From positions 28,258 to 92,257 of the forward strand of contig JABSOS010000009.1 of NCBI GenBank assembly GCA_013216135.1: 64,000 nucleotides of DNA, in the 5' to 3' direction. Origin of the DNA: Candidatus Caenarcanales bacterium. Its GTDB lineage: Bacteria; Cyanobacteriota; Vampirovibrionia; LMEP-6097. The notes below the pieces were generated by a model. That model worked only from the letters and a program-made list of their open reading frames with translations, did no database searches and was not told where the DNA came from. Each line of letters opens with the position of its first letter. Position 1 is the first letter of the stretch. A program made the position numbers and the translations under genes. Shown piece after piece: positions 36,801 to 46,583 of the stretch.

Positions 36801-38918
36801 TTACCCATTACTTACATCTGGATCACTCAATATATGTTCAGATTGATTTAAAAAGTAATAACCTTCATCTAGTTTATTTTGTTTTCCGGTAAATAAATCT
36901 AATGTTCCATCTGCATTTGCAAGAAGAGCAAGTAAGTTATTATTCTCATCCAATGCTACTAATTTAGGAATTGTACCGTAAGAACATAATGTTCCTATAA
37001 TTGTGTTTAGCTCTTTATCTTTAAGTTTAGGCTGCCACTCTCTAAAAACTTTAGATAAATCTCTTTTAACTTTTTCTCTTTCAACATTAACCTGATCTGT
37101 AACAGGATTATAATCTATATTATCTCTAATAGATTTTATTTTTAGGAAGCGAATAAATGGTTCAACTTTCTTTTCAATTTGAGTTAGATTTTGTCTAGTT
37201 AATCCTACTTGATCTGCAACTACCATTAATTTACCTAAAGCACTATCTTGAAAACCTTTAAGAACTTCTGGTAATTTTTGTATTTCTTGTGCTTGAAGTT
37301 CTTTTTGTTTTTCAATAAAGTCTGATAAATCTTTACATACTGAGCTAATTAATATGAAATTATTTAGTGTTTCTTGCTTACTTAAAAATTTTTCTTCAAA
37401 TTCAAATAATCTAAATTCCTTATCAACAAGAGAATCTAAACTACTTGAAGCCATTTGTAATTTAGTAAATAGTTTATTCAATTTCTGTTCTAAGTTTTCG
37501 TCAAACTTTACCTGTTTATCTTTTTCAGACTTTAGCACTAAGCTTGCTTTTAATAACTGTTCTTCATTACTTTCATCAGAGTTTAATATCGAATCAAGCT
37601 TACTACTAAGATCAATTGAACCTGTAAGTTGAGGGGGCTTTTTTATAGTTTGATTTTCTGTGACTAATTCAGAATTAAAGTAGTTGAGTAAATTAAAAAA
37701 ATCTTTTTTGATTTTAGTTAACTTAAGTTTTCTCATATCAATATAATTTGCTATTATTCCATCAAAATATATTCCATTTGCTTTGCTTTTTTCTTGTTTT
37801 TTTTGAACGGCTTTGAGAATTGGAGATGAATTTTCACTATTTAAAACTGATTTATCTGCAGGTGGTAAAACAAATGATCCCCCCTTCATTTCATCACATA
37901 TCTCCCTTAAAGAAACTTTTGTTAGTTGCAGACCTGACCTATCCTTGTATCTAAGCCTCCCTAGTAAATTATTGTCAGTATTATAGCCCATTAATGCTTT
38001 AAGCATTGTTTCTGTACCTACTTTGCTACCGAGTAATTCCTCTGATTGTAATTTGGGTGTATTTGCATATTTGAATAGTGGTCTTATTACTTTTCCAGCT
38101 TTACGAGAGTTAGCATCAGAACTGTATTTTTCAAGTAAATTATTAACTGCAATTAAAGCATTTTGAAAATCTGTAAAATGCTGTTTAAGAGTTTCTTTGA
38201 ATGCTGGATTAATTTTGAGTAAATTTTGCTCTATAGTATCTTTAAATGTTTTAACTCTTTTACTCTCTACTAGTTCACTGTAATTTGAGTTTTTCTTTAT
38301 AGAGTCTTTTAGCTCATTAAAGAGTTTATCAAACTTAATTGGGATTAAATCAATTGAATACTCATTCATTTTAATTAAGCTAGCTGTTTGATTCTCTTTA
38401 GGTTCTGGACTCTTATTTCGTGGATTATTTATTCTTATAGTCTCTTCTTTAATAAGATTTATAGATTCAATTAGACTTTCACACTTTTTTTTGAAATCAT
38501 TATCTGGATGTTCTGCATCAATTAGCTTTGAATTTATATCTTGTAAGTTTGGTAGATTGTGAATCTTTATTTCTTCAATTATTGGGTTGTCATTTGATTT
38601 TTTTAAAATATTAGTAAACATCTTTACCGTGTTTAAGCCATATTTCATATTAAATTTTTCAGGTTCAACTCCGACTAATGACTCTAGTTGCTGAGAAAGA
38701 TTTTCAAAGCTTGCAAGTAAAATTTGCTGAAATTTAAGAATTTCCATTAAATCATTAGTGGGAATAGTAATAGCATTTATTACTTCAGTTCTAGGGTCTT
38801 TAGTATTGGCACCAAAACGACTAATATCTACATTTTCTGGAAGTGTGTCAAGGTTTCTATTCTTTTCTAGAACAGTTTTATCTAAGAATTTATAGAAGAT
38901 ATTTTCTGACCAGATCAT
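36801..38918 (-). CDS. large helical hypothetical protein (705 aa), possibly the N-terminal part of an interrupted 914-codon gene
   Basis: ATG start. A single TAA at 36801-36803 separates it from 208 further in-frame sense codons. Confidence 0.6.
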   Translation of the reverse strand: MIWSENIFYKFLDKTVLEKNRNLDTLPENVDISRFGANTKDPRTEVINAITIPTNDLMEILKFQQILLASFENLSQQLESLVGVEPEKFNMKYGLNTVKMFTNILKKSNDNPIIEEIKIHNLPNLQDINSKLIDAEHPDNDFKKKCESLIESINLIKEETIRINNPRNKSPEPKENQTASLIKMNEYSIDLIPIKFDKLFNELKDSIKKNSNYSELVESKRVKTFKDTIEQNLLKINPAFKETLKQHFTDFQNALIAVNNLLEKYSSDANSRKAGKVIRPLFKYANTPKLQSEELLGSKVGTETMLKALMGYNTDNNLLGRLRYKDRSGLQLTKVSLREICDEMKGGSFVLPPADKSVLNSENSSPILKAVQKKQEKSKANGIYFDGIIANYIDMRKLKLTKIKKDFFNLLNYFNSELVTENQTIKKPPQLTGSIDLSSKLDSILNSDESNEEQLLKASLVLKSEKDKQVKFDENLEQKLNKLFTKLQMASSSLDSLVDKEFRLFEFEEKFLSKQETLNNFILISSVCKDLSDFIEKQKELQAQEIQKLPEVLKGFQDSALGKLMVVADQVGLTRQNLTQIEKKVEPFIRFLKIKSIRDNIDYNPVTDQVNVEREKVKRDLSKVFREWQPKLKDKELNTIIGTLCSYGTIPKLVALDENNNLLALLANADGTLDLFTGKQNKLDEGYYFLNQSEHILSDPDVSNG

Positions 38919-38980
38919 TTATAATAAGGCTTCAGTATGAGGTTAAGATAATAGCACACCTAGCTTAGAATATAAAAAAT

Positions 38981-38989
38981 TGTTATAAT
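38981..38989 (+). promoter_or_regulatory. extended -10 promoter element (TGTTATAAT)
   Basis: TGnTATAAT consensus match ending 7 nt before the ATG at 38996. The -35 is weak (TAGCTT). Confidence 0.4.
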
Positions 38990-38995
38990 TTGCTC

Positions 38996-39781
38996 ATGTC
39001 TAATAACAAATTTGATCATATTAAATCGATGTTAAGTGAAAGAGCTTTTTTAAAAGTAATCACTGGTATTTTTAACTTTAACAAAGAAAAAGTTTTACAA
39101 GTCGCAGCTATGGCTGATAAAGCTGCTGATGTAGCTTTAGATATTTGTGCTAGAGAGGATATCGTAGCTGAAGTAAGAGAAAGATTCCCTAATATAATTC
39201 TTGCTGTTTCTGCGATCAAAGTGTCTGAGCTGAAAAGAGCTCAAGAACTTGGAGCTGACATCTTAGAGTTAGGTAACTTTGAAGCACTTTATGAGCAAGG
39301 TATTTTCTATTCAGCTGAAGAAGTTTTAGAAATGACAAGAGAATTATTAAACGTAAGAGAAGAAGGTGTAATGCTTTCTGTGACAGTTCCTGGTCACTTG
39401 AAATTAGATCAGCAAGTTAAGCTTGCTAAAGCTTTAGAAGATTTAGGTATCGATATTATCCAGACTGAAGGCGCTGCGCTAAGTGATGCTAACACAACTT
39501 CAGCTCTAGGTTCTGTTCAGAAAGTTGCTTTAACTTTAGCTAACACTATCGAGCTTAACAAGCATATTGAAAACACAGCTATTATGACAGCTTCAGGCAT
39601 CAGTCCTGACACTGCTGCACTTGCTATTACTGCTGGTGCTAAAGCTATCGGTGTCGGTGCTTATGTTAATAAGCTTGATAGCGATGAAGAAATTTTCGCT
39701 GCTATCAATAATCTTAAAACAGCACTTTCTATTACTCAAATAGAAAAGACTTTAGAAGAGCAAGAATTAATTTACTCGTAA
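38996..39781 (+). CDS. ycf23: Ycf23/DUF561-family protein
   Basis: LKVITGIFNFN, GADILELGNFEALYEQGIFYSAEEVLEMT, LSVTVPGHL, DIIQTEG and AGAKAIGVG follow the cyanobacterial/plastid Ycf23 pattern as I recall it. Confidence 0.6.
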   Translation: MSNNKFDHIKSMLSERAFLKVITGIFNFNKEKVLQVAAMADKAADVALDICAREDIVAEVRERFPNIILAVSAIKVSELKRAQELGADILELGNFEALYEQGIFYSAEEVLEMTRELLNVREEGVMLSVTVPGHLKLDQQVKLAKALEDLGIDIIQTEGAALSDANTTSALGSVQKVALTLANTIELNKHIENTAIMTASGISPDTAALAITAGAKAIGVGAYVNKLDSDEEIFAAINNLKTALSITQIEKTLEEQELIYS

Positions 39782-39834
39782 GAATTTGTTTTTCTGCAAA
39801 TCCTTTCGCTATACTTAAATAAGTTATAGAGTAG

Positions 39835-40989
39835 ATGAATTTAAATTTAAAATCTCAGATTAAATTAGAACGAATTGACTTATATGTTTTGGGTCAATTC
39901 GTTCTTCCTTTTTTAAGTGCAACAGGTATAGTAACTGGTGTTTGGTTAGGAATAGATAGATTTAAAGAAATAGCTAAAATCGTTTCTTCTGAATCTATAC
40001 CTTGGTATTGGGGTCCATATATAATGCTTTTGGATATTCCTAAAATCATATTAAACACGCTTCCCGTTTGTATTTTACTTGCTTGCTTTTTAGCTTTTCA
40101 GAGACTTTCAGCTCAAGCTGAGTTTATTGCTATGCGTGCTGCTGGAGCAAGTTTGCTAAGGATTCTCAAACCCGTTCTAGTATTTGGTTTGATAGGTTCA
40201 CTTGTTTGTTTTATCGTATCTGAATTTATTTACCCATTCTCAGAGCCTAAAAGTAAAGCTATTTACGCTAGAGCAATGGATAAGTCCGAGAAAGAGATTA
40301 AGAGCTTTAGTTATATTAAAAGAAATGAAGAAGGGGAGACGGAGAGAATCTTTTATGTAAAATCCTCAAAACCTCTTGAGAATGAATATAAAGATATTGT
40401 CCTAGTTGATTTCAAAGAATCTGGTCCTCTTGATATTTATTTAGCTTCTAATGCAAGCTTCGATGAAAATAAACAGGACTGGGATTTAAGAGATTTAGAT
40501 TATAGTTTTATTGAAAGAGAAAGTATGAATGCTGATAAAAGCTTTAAACATAATTTTAAAAGTGATCTAACAAAATTTAAAATCTCATCTAAAATTGACC
40601 CGCGTAGGCTTCTTAGCGCTTATCGTGATGTAAGTTTACTTAATTTTATAGAACTCTCCACTTTAATAAATTTTCATAAGAGTGAAAATCTCGAAACTAG
40701 TTCTTTAGCGTCGATAAAATCTAATTTTCATAAACGTTTCTCTTATCCAGGAACCTGTATGATACTTGCTATTATTGGTGCTCTTTTAGGTTTAAGTGCA
40801 AAAAGACAAAGTGTTAACTGGAACTATATACTTTTAGGTTTGATAGTCTTTTCATTTTTCATGTCGCAAGCAATTTTTAACTCCTTCGGTGACTCTGGCA
40901 GAATGTCTGCATTTATGGCGATGTGGATGCCGAATTTCTTTTTAATGTTTATAGCTTATTTTATATATCAATATAAGCTTGAGTCTTAA
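39835..40989 (+). CDS. LptF/LptG-family (YjgP/YjgQ) LPS export permease
   Basis: 384 aa: 3 TM helices, a periplasmic beta-jellyroll insert and 3 more TM helices. N-terminal LERIDLYVLGQFVLPF. Confidence 0.75.
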   Translation: MNLNLKSQIKLERIDLYVLGQFVLPFLSATGIVTGVWLGIDRFKEIAKIVSSESIPWYWGPYIMLLDIPKIILNTLPVCILLACFLAFQRLSAQAEFIAMRAAGASLLRILKPVLVFGLIGSLVCFIVSEFIYPFSEPKSKAIYARAMDKSEKEIKSFSYIKRNEEGETERIFYVKSSKPLENEYKDIVLVDFKESGPLDIYLASNASFDENKQDWDLRDLDYSFIERESMNADKSFKHNFKSDLTKFKISSKIDPRRLLSAYRDVSLLNFIELSTLINFHKSENLETSSLASIKSNFHKRFSYPGTCMILAIIGALLGLSAKRQSVNWNYILLGLIVFSFFMSQAIFNSFGDSGRMSAFMAMWMPNFFLMFIAYFIYQYKLES

Positions 40990-41055
40990 GTACTCTGCTT
41001 CTAAGCAAATCCTTAAGGTTACAGTTAGATCGTATTGTTATAATTAAATTAATCA

Positions 41056-42927
41056 ATGGCTGACCCTATAAGTCAAATTAAAGATAAAGCGGATATCGTA
41101 GAGCTTATAGCGGATCATATTCCTGTGAAAAAATCAGGTGCTGGTTACGTAGCAGTTTGTCCGTTTCATAATGATACTAAACCTTCGATGCAGATTAGCC
41201 CGCAAAAAGGTATTTTCAAATGTTTTAGTTGCGGTGCTGGGGGAGATGTATTTAAATTCTGGTCAGAGTTTCACAAAAAAGATTTTTCAGAAACCTTAAA
41301 AGACTTAGCTTTGCGCTATGGCGTTCACTTGGATTATAGTGAAGAGGCTAAGTCTAAACAAAAAATCCAAGCTGATTATGTTTCTGTTTATAATGAAGCT
41401 GCAAAATATTTTCATGAAAAGCTTTTAGGAGCAGATGCTGCAAAGTGGTGTAGAGATTATTTAGAAGCTAGAGGTATTGACCTTAATACTATAAAAAGTT
41501 TCCAAATCGGTTTTTCCCCGACTTCTAAAGATGACTGGACTCATTTATTAACCCACTTAAAAAAGAAACTAGATCTAGATGATAAAAAGCTTTTTGACTT
41601 TGGGCTTGCAATTCACCATGAAAAATCAGGTCGTTACTATGACAGATTTCGTGAACGTTTGATGATTCCTGTTGCAAATGAACGTGGTGATATATTAGCC
41701 TTTGGTGCAAGAAAACTTAACAATGAAGACGAATCACCTAAGTATATAAATTCTCCTGAAACGGATTTCTATCATAAAGGTGATAATTTATATGGTCTAA
41801 ACTTAGCTAAAAATCCAATCAGACAGAAAGATTCTGTGATTTTAGTAGAAGGTTACTTTGATCAAATTGCACTTTATAAAAGTGGTATAACTAATGTTGT
41901 AGCTAATCAGGGAACTGCTCTTACAGCTAAGCAAGCAAAGCTCTTGATGAAATTTACTCCATCTAAAAATATTTATTTGTGTTTAGACGCTGATGCTGCA
42001 GGGGAAAATGCTAAAGAAAAAGCTTTTGAGCAGATAATGCAGATTTCCATTAGTTTAAATCCAGCTATTAAGGTCATAGACATGAGTGCAAAGGACCCTG
42101 ATGAATATATTGCTGCTAATGGAGTTGAAGCTTTTCAAGCTTTAATTGATAACGCTAAGTATTTTATAGATTATAAAATTGATAAATATATCGAGGAATT
42201 AAATTCAGAAACTTCTTCTAATAAGGACCCTAGAGCTAAATCGATCATAGTTAAAAAGATTGCTCGTTTCCTCTATTTTGTTTCTAACAAAATAGAGTTT
42301 ACTGAGTACGTTCATAATCTTTCTGAGAAATTGAAGATTGATCAAAGAATAGTAGCTGAGCAGGTGCAAAGCGAAATCAAGCTACATTCTAATGATTTCC
42401 AGGATTTTGAAAAACAAAAGTCTAGTAATAAGAAGTCGTCTAATTCTATGAAGAATAAAAAGTCTTCACTTGAAAAAGATGTTTTCTATGGGCTTGATGT
42501 AGAGTTAATGGCACTCTTGATTAATGATATTAAGCTACTTGAGGAATTTATGGCAGAAGAGCACCAGCTAGCTTGTGAAGAACATTTTGAGATTTTAGAT
42601 TCATTAGTTGAAGTTAGCTTTGAAAATCCTGAAGCTAATGTTGATGAGAAATTTAAAAAGCTTTCAGCTTTGCCATTAATTCATGAAATGAAGTTTGAAT
42701 CATTGCTTGCTGATATCGGTGTCGAGATTGAATCTAATAAAAAACAATTCAAATCTCGTTTCCATGAATTAATTAGAGCTATTAAGAAACTTAAAATTAA
42801 AAATAAAATTACTAGAAAAATAAATGCTATTAAAAAATTAGAAGAGAACTTAGATAGTTCTGATGATGAAATTTTTGAGTTGCAGAATGAGTTGATTCAC
42901 TTAAACCGTGAGTTTGCAGCAATATAA
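41056..42927 (+). CDS. dnaG: DNA primase
   Basis: CHC2 zinc finger CPFHNDTKPSMQISPQKGIFKCFSCGAGGD, a TOPRIM domain (VILVEGYFD…LCLDADAAG) and a C-terminal helical domain. Confidence 0.95.
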   Translation: MADPISQIKDKADIVELIADHIPVKKSGAGYVAVCPFHNDTKPSMQISPQKGIFKCFSCGAGGDVFKFWSEFHKKDFSETLKDLALRYGVHLDYSEEAKSKQKIQADYVSVYNEAAKYFHEKLLGADAAKWCRDYLEARGIDLNTIKSFQIGFSPTSKDDWTHLLTHLKKKLDLDDKKLFDFGLAIHHEKSGRYYDRFRERLMIPVANERGDILAFGARKLNNEDESPKYINSPETDFYHKGDNLYGLNLAKNPIRQKDSVILVEGYFDQIALYKSGITNVVANQGTALTAKQAKLLMKFTPSKNIYLCLDADAAGENAKEKAFEQIMQISISLNPAIKVIDMSAKDPDEYIAANGVEAFQALIDNAKYFIDYKIDKYIEELNSETSSNKDPRAKSIIVKKIARFLYFVSNKIEFTEYVHNLSEKLKIDQRIVAEQVQSEIKLHSNDFQDFEKQKSSNKKSSNSMKNKKSSLEKDVFYGLDVELMALLINDIKLLEEFMAEEHQLACEEHFEILDSLVEVSFENPEANVDEKFKKLSALPLIHEMKFESLLADIGVEIESNKKQFKSRFHELIRAIKKLKIKNKITRKINAIKKLEENLDSSDDEIFELQNELIHLNREFAAI

Positions 42928-42960
42928 GTTAATTTAAAGTCTCTGTTCTATAGGTTAATC

Positions 42961-43000
42961 AAAAAAAAATACGCCTAAGCATTAACTCAGGCGTATTTTA
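42961..43000. terminator. bidirectional intrinsic terminator (dnaG / rplT)
   Basis: An A9 run, then the stem TACGCCT…AGGCGTA, then a T-run, between convergent genes. Confidence 0.75.
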
Positions 43001-43019
43001 AATAAATCAAATCAAGCTC

Positions 43020-43373
43020 TTAAACTACAGCAGCTTTAGCTTGATCTACTAACTTAGCAAATGCAGCTTTATCATTAATAGCGATATCAGCAAGAACTTT
43101 TCTGTTTAATGCGATATTAGCTTTATTTAAACCATTAATAAAGTTACTGTAAGACATTCCTAATTCACGTGTAGCAGCATTGATTCTCTGAATCCAAAGC
43201 GCTCTGAAATCTCTTTTCTTTAACTTACGAGAAACGTAAGCTTTTTTAAGACCTCTCATCATTGCTTGCATTGCAGCAACGAAAATCTTACTACTTCCAC
43301 CTTTATAACCTTTAGTGAGTTTTAAGACTTTCTTATGTCTTTTTCTATTTACGTTTCCTCTTTTTACTCTCAT
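43020..43373 (-). CDS. rplT: 50S ribosomal protein L20
   Basis: [25 protein letters not shown]… is the canonical L20 N-terminus. Confidence 0.95.
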   Translation of the reverse strand: MRVKRGNVNRKRHKKVLKLTKGYKGGSSKIFVAAMQAMMRGLKKAYVSRKLKKRDFRALWIQRINAATRELGMSYSNFINGLNKANIALNRKVLADIAINDKAAFAKLVDQAKAAVV

Positions 43374-43408
43374 TACTTAGCCTTTATACCTTCTTATATA
43401 ACCTATAA

Positions 43409-43621
43409 CTACCTAGCGTACTTAGTGTACGGGAACATTGAAAGAACTCTTTCATACTGCGATTCATGAACTGAAGACTCAGGTGTTCTTAATCTTCTTT
43501 TATGCTTAGCTGACATGTGAGTATTTAAGTGCTTAATACCACATTTTTTGAAACTAAGCTTTCCTTTTGCGCTTAGTTTAAATCTTTTTTTAGCCGACTT
43601 ATTAGTTTTCTGCTTAGACAT
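43409..43621 (-). CDS. rpmI: 50S ribosomal protein L35
   Basis: 70-aa basic protein, MSKQKTNKSAKKRFKLSAKGKL…, immediately upstream of rplT. No infC upstream. Confidence 0.9.
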   Translation of the reverse strand: MSKQKTNKSAKKRFKLSAKGKLSFKKCGIKHLNTHMSAKHKRRLRTPESSVHESQYERVLSMFPYTKYAR

Positions 43622-43687
43622 AGTGAGCTTTAAATTATAACAGGTTTAATATATTCGCTCTTGATAATTTAATTATTTGTGAAGATT

Positions 43688-44872
43688 CTAGAAGTTTTGT
43701 TGATTATATAAAGCTTCTCCATTTCTTCTAAATAATTGAATAGCATTTGGACTACTTAGCATAGCAAGTGCTTGCTTTTCGTTCAATACATTAAATTCTT
43801 TTTTTGATTTAGAGGCATTAGGATTAGAGAACAGATTTTCAATCTCACCTCCAAAGCCAACACTACCTCCCCATGCTTCTAGCATTGATTTTTTTAAATT
43901 TTCAAGTTTTTGCATTTGTTCTAAAGTCTCTTTATCAAGTGCATCTTTACCATGTGTCTTTTCTAAAGCTTCAACAGCATTATTAAAGTCTGCAGGAGTT
44001 GTCTTTTGGCTTAGTTGACTAAGTTCTTGTGCATCTTTTAACTCTGAATTCTTAGTGTTTTCAGGAGGGTGAAATATATAGTCTCTATCTTCAAGGTCAT
44101 TTATAAAAACCAAATTATCTGATTTATCTGTTATGAATATAACCCCTCCTTTAATACTTAAATTGAAGTCTTTAGCTTCTAAAGTGTAATTATCTGATAA
44201 ATTTGCTGATGTTTTAATCTGGTCCTTAATAAAGTTAATACTAGATGGCGCCTCAAATGGTCTTTCAATAATGGATTCAGCAGGACTTAAGCTTTTCCTA
44301 TCAATTGTTATTGATTTCTCTTCCTTACCTTTGTTTATAACTTTAATAGTTTTAGTGTTATTTTTGATACCTTGACCGTTTTCATTAAATTCATAGTTAC
44401 TGTTTATTTTTAAACTTATATCGGAGTTTGGTATCGCTATAGTCTCCTCAATATTAGGGAATCCAATCTTTTCATAACTTATATTTTTTTCTTTTATAAA
44501 TTGGTTATTAGAAATTTTAGTTATTCTATTATCGTTATCTACATTAACTGTAGTTTGAGTTGGAACGTTAATGTTTGAGTCATCACCAGTTTTTATATTA
44601 GGGATACTTACAATACTTCCGTTTTCATTACTTGTTACTTCCGTTGTAAAATCAGTACCATTAGTTAAATTCTTAAAAAGTCTTTTTTGTTTTTGACTGT
44701 CTCTTTTGTTCGTAAGTTCTTCATATCTTATAGATTCTTCACTAAGATTTCCCAGGGTTTCCAAAGCTTCTTCTTTAGCTTTTTTGGCTTCTTGTTGTTT
44801 ATATCGATCTGCATAAAAACTAAAGTCATAAGGATCTGATCCTGGACCACCACTTGGAAAATTCGTATTCAT
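43688..44872 (-). CDS. hypothetical protein (394 aa, Asn/Ser/Lys-rich)
   Basis: Long ORF with no recognisable motif or signal peptide. Confidence 0.5.
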   Translation of the reverse strand: MNTNFPSGGPGSDPYDFSFYADRYKQQEAKKAKEEALETLGNLSEESIRYEELTNKRDSQKQKRLFKNLTNGTDFTTEVTSNENGSIVSIPNIKTGDDSNINVPTQTTVNVDNDNRITKISNNQFIKEKNISYEKIGFPNIEETIAIPNSDISLKINSNYEFNENGQGIKNNTKTIKVINKGKEEKSITIDRKSLSPAESIIERPFEAPSSINFIKDQIKTSANLSDNYTLEAKDFNLSIKGGVIFITDKSDNLVFINDLEDRDYIFHPPENTKNSELKDAQELSQLSQKTTPADFNNAVEALEKTHGKDALDKETLEQMQKLENLKKSMLEAWGGSVGFGGEIENLFSNPNASKSKKEFNVLNEKQALAMLSSPNAIQLFRRNGEALYNQQNF

Positions 44873-45011
44873 AATTCAAAATATAATAACTAACCTTGAT
44901 TAAGAAATGAAGCTTTGATCATTAAAATTAATTAAGCTATAGCGCAATACCATTAAAAGTTTTAAAGTTTAAAACAAACTCTTCTTTATATAAGTAATTA
45001 CTTTAAAAAAG

Positions 45012-45095
45012 TGGTGGGCTTGAAGAGAGTCGAACTCTTACACCATAGGTACATGATCCTAAGTCATGCGCGTCTACCAGTTCCGCCACAAGCCC
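45012..45095 (-). tRNA. tRNA-Leu (anticodon UAG), CCA encoded
   Basis: The reverse complement is GGGCTTGTGGCGGAACTGGTAGACGCGCATGACTTAGGATCATGTACCTATGGTGTAAGAGTTCGACTCTCTTCAAGCCCACCA. It folds with acceptor GGGCTTG/CAAGCCC, anticodon stem CATGA/TCATG, loop CTTAGGA, a long variable arm, and T-arm AAGAG-TTCGACT-CTCTT. Confidence 0.95.
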
Positions 45096-45200
45096 TGGAA
45101 TACTAATTAAACATTAGTAACCTTAGATTTAAAACTTTAACACGCAAGTGCTAATTATTCAAAATATTTTTATTAGCTTTAATAATTTTAGTTTATAAAA

Positions 45201-46406
45201 CTAATTTATTTGTACAGATTCTTTGTTTCTATATATATCTACTCTTGATGACCCATCATAAATTTTATCAACAATATCATCAAGGTAAGTTATATTAATC
45301 GGGATATCTGGGTTTGCCCCATCTCCCTGTGCTACGATTAATCTGTTATTTTTTTTCCCAATTATTTTCATCACATGATATGAAGGTGTTTTAAGGTTAG
45401 GGTTTGAGACTTTTGGGTCATCAATATAAAGTACATCTCCTACTTGAGCAAATTCATCCACTGAGTCTAAATTGAATTTATCTATTTCTGAATCTATTGG
45501 TGAATAGTTTAAAGAATTAAATGATATATACATGTAAGTTCTATCGCTAACAATCATATACATATCTTCATCTTCATCTGCTTGATTTCCGTCACTATAT
45601 ATGGATTTGACATAGTTTTCATGTCCATCTTCTTTTGCTTGATTATATATTTTATTTTTATCAAATATACCTTCTCTAATCAGATCATATATATTTAGCC
45701 AAGCCCGAGGATTTGTTGATTTCTCTAGGCTAGTTAAAGTTAAAGTTATGAGGTTGCAATCATGTATTGATTTTTTACCATTATTTAGATTTATCTTTGG
45801 ATTCTCGCCATGGATTGCAAGATAATATGCTGTTTGCTGTGGATTGAGATTTTCTGTTAAATTAAGCATTTTTGTAACTGATTTTGCAGCTAGGTCGTAT
45901 TGCTTAGTAAGTAATTCTATGTATGTATTTAAAGTTTGCTCATTTAATGAAGGATCTGTTTTCTTCCACATATTTTTTAACTTTTTAGTATTTATTTCCC
46001 TCTGCTTATTTATTAATTCAACATCACCTTGAATTGAGGGGGGGATTTCATGTGTTTTTTCTGATTGATTATAGTAGGGGTCTAATTGTTTCATCGATAA
46101 ACTAGGTTTAGGCATTAATGCAATGCTTAGACTGTCATAGTTTGTATAGTTGCGTTGAATGTATTTTTGCCAAGCTTGGTCTAAATCTTCTTGAGTGAAT
46201 TGAACTTGACTTAAATTACTAGTTTTATAAATATCTAAATTTATTTCAAAAAATTCTTTTTTCTGTATTCTATTATCTTTGTCAGAATCAAAGAGCTCAG
46301 GTTTTGTTTCAGCAAGATTAACTAACTTATTAATATTGCTTGATATTGAGTGTGATGAATTCGATAAAATGCTTTTATTTGACAACATAATTTTATATTT
46401 ATACAA
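45201..46406 (-). CDS. hypothetical protein with an EF-hand-like loop and a possible NlpC/P60-like C-terminus
   Basis: DSDKDNRIQKKE fits the DxDxDxxIxxxE pattern. The C-terminus VGDVLYIDD…SYHVMKIIGKKNNRLIVAQGDG resembles the GD…HV…G…A block of NlpC/P60. The start is either TTG at 46406 or ATG at 46388. Confidence 0.5.
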   Translation of the reverse strand: MYKYKIMLSNKSILSNSSHSISSNINKLVNLAETKPELFDSDKDNRIQKKEFFEINLDIYKTSNLSQVQFTQEDLDQAWQKYIQRNYTNYDSLSIALMPKPSLSMKQLDPYYNQSEKTHEIPPSIQGDVELINKQREINTKKLKNMWKKTDPSLNEQTLNTYIELLTKQYDLAAKSVTKMLNLTENLNPQQTAYYLAIHGENPKINLNNGKKSIHDCNLITLTLTSLEKSTNPRAWLNIYDLIREGIFDKNKIYNQAKEDGHENYVKSIYSDGNQADEDEDMYMIVSDRTYMYISFNSLNYSPIDSEIDKFNLDSVDEFAQVGDVLYIDDPKVSNPNLKTPSYHVMKIIGKKNNRLIVAQGDGANPDIPINITYLDDIVDKIYDGSSRVDIYRNKESVQIN

Positions 46407-46583
46407 GTATAAATCCGTCTTATTTTTGATGAAATTGTATATATTTTTATTATTTTTTACAAATGAATATAAGATAATTGAGCTTAGATAAAAACATGAA
46501 GATTAAGCAAATGTGAAGATCATCTAATTTCTTTTTCGTTTCTTGAAATTATATGCCGATATGTACATGGGGGAAAAAGAGAT

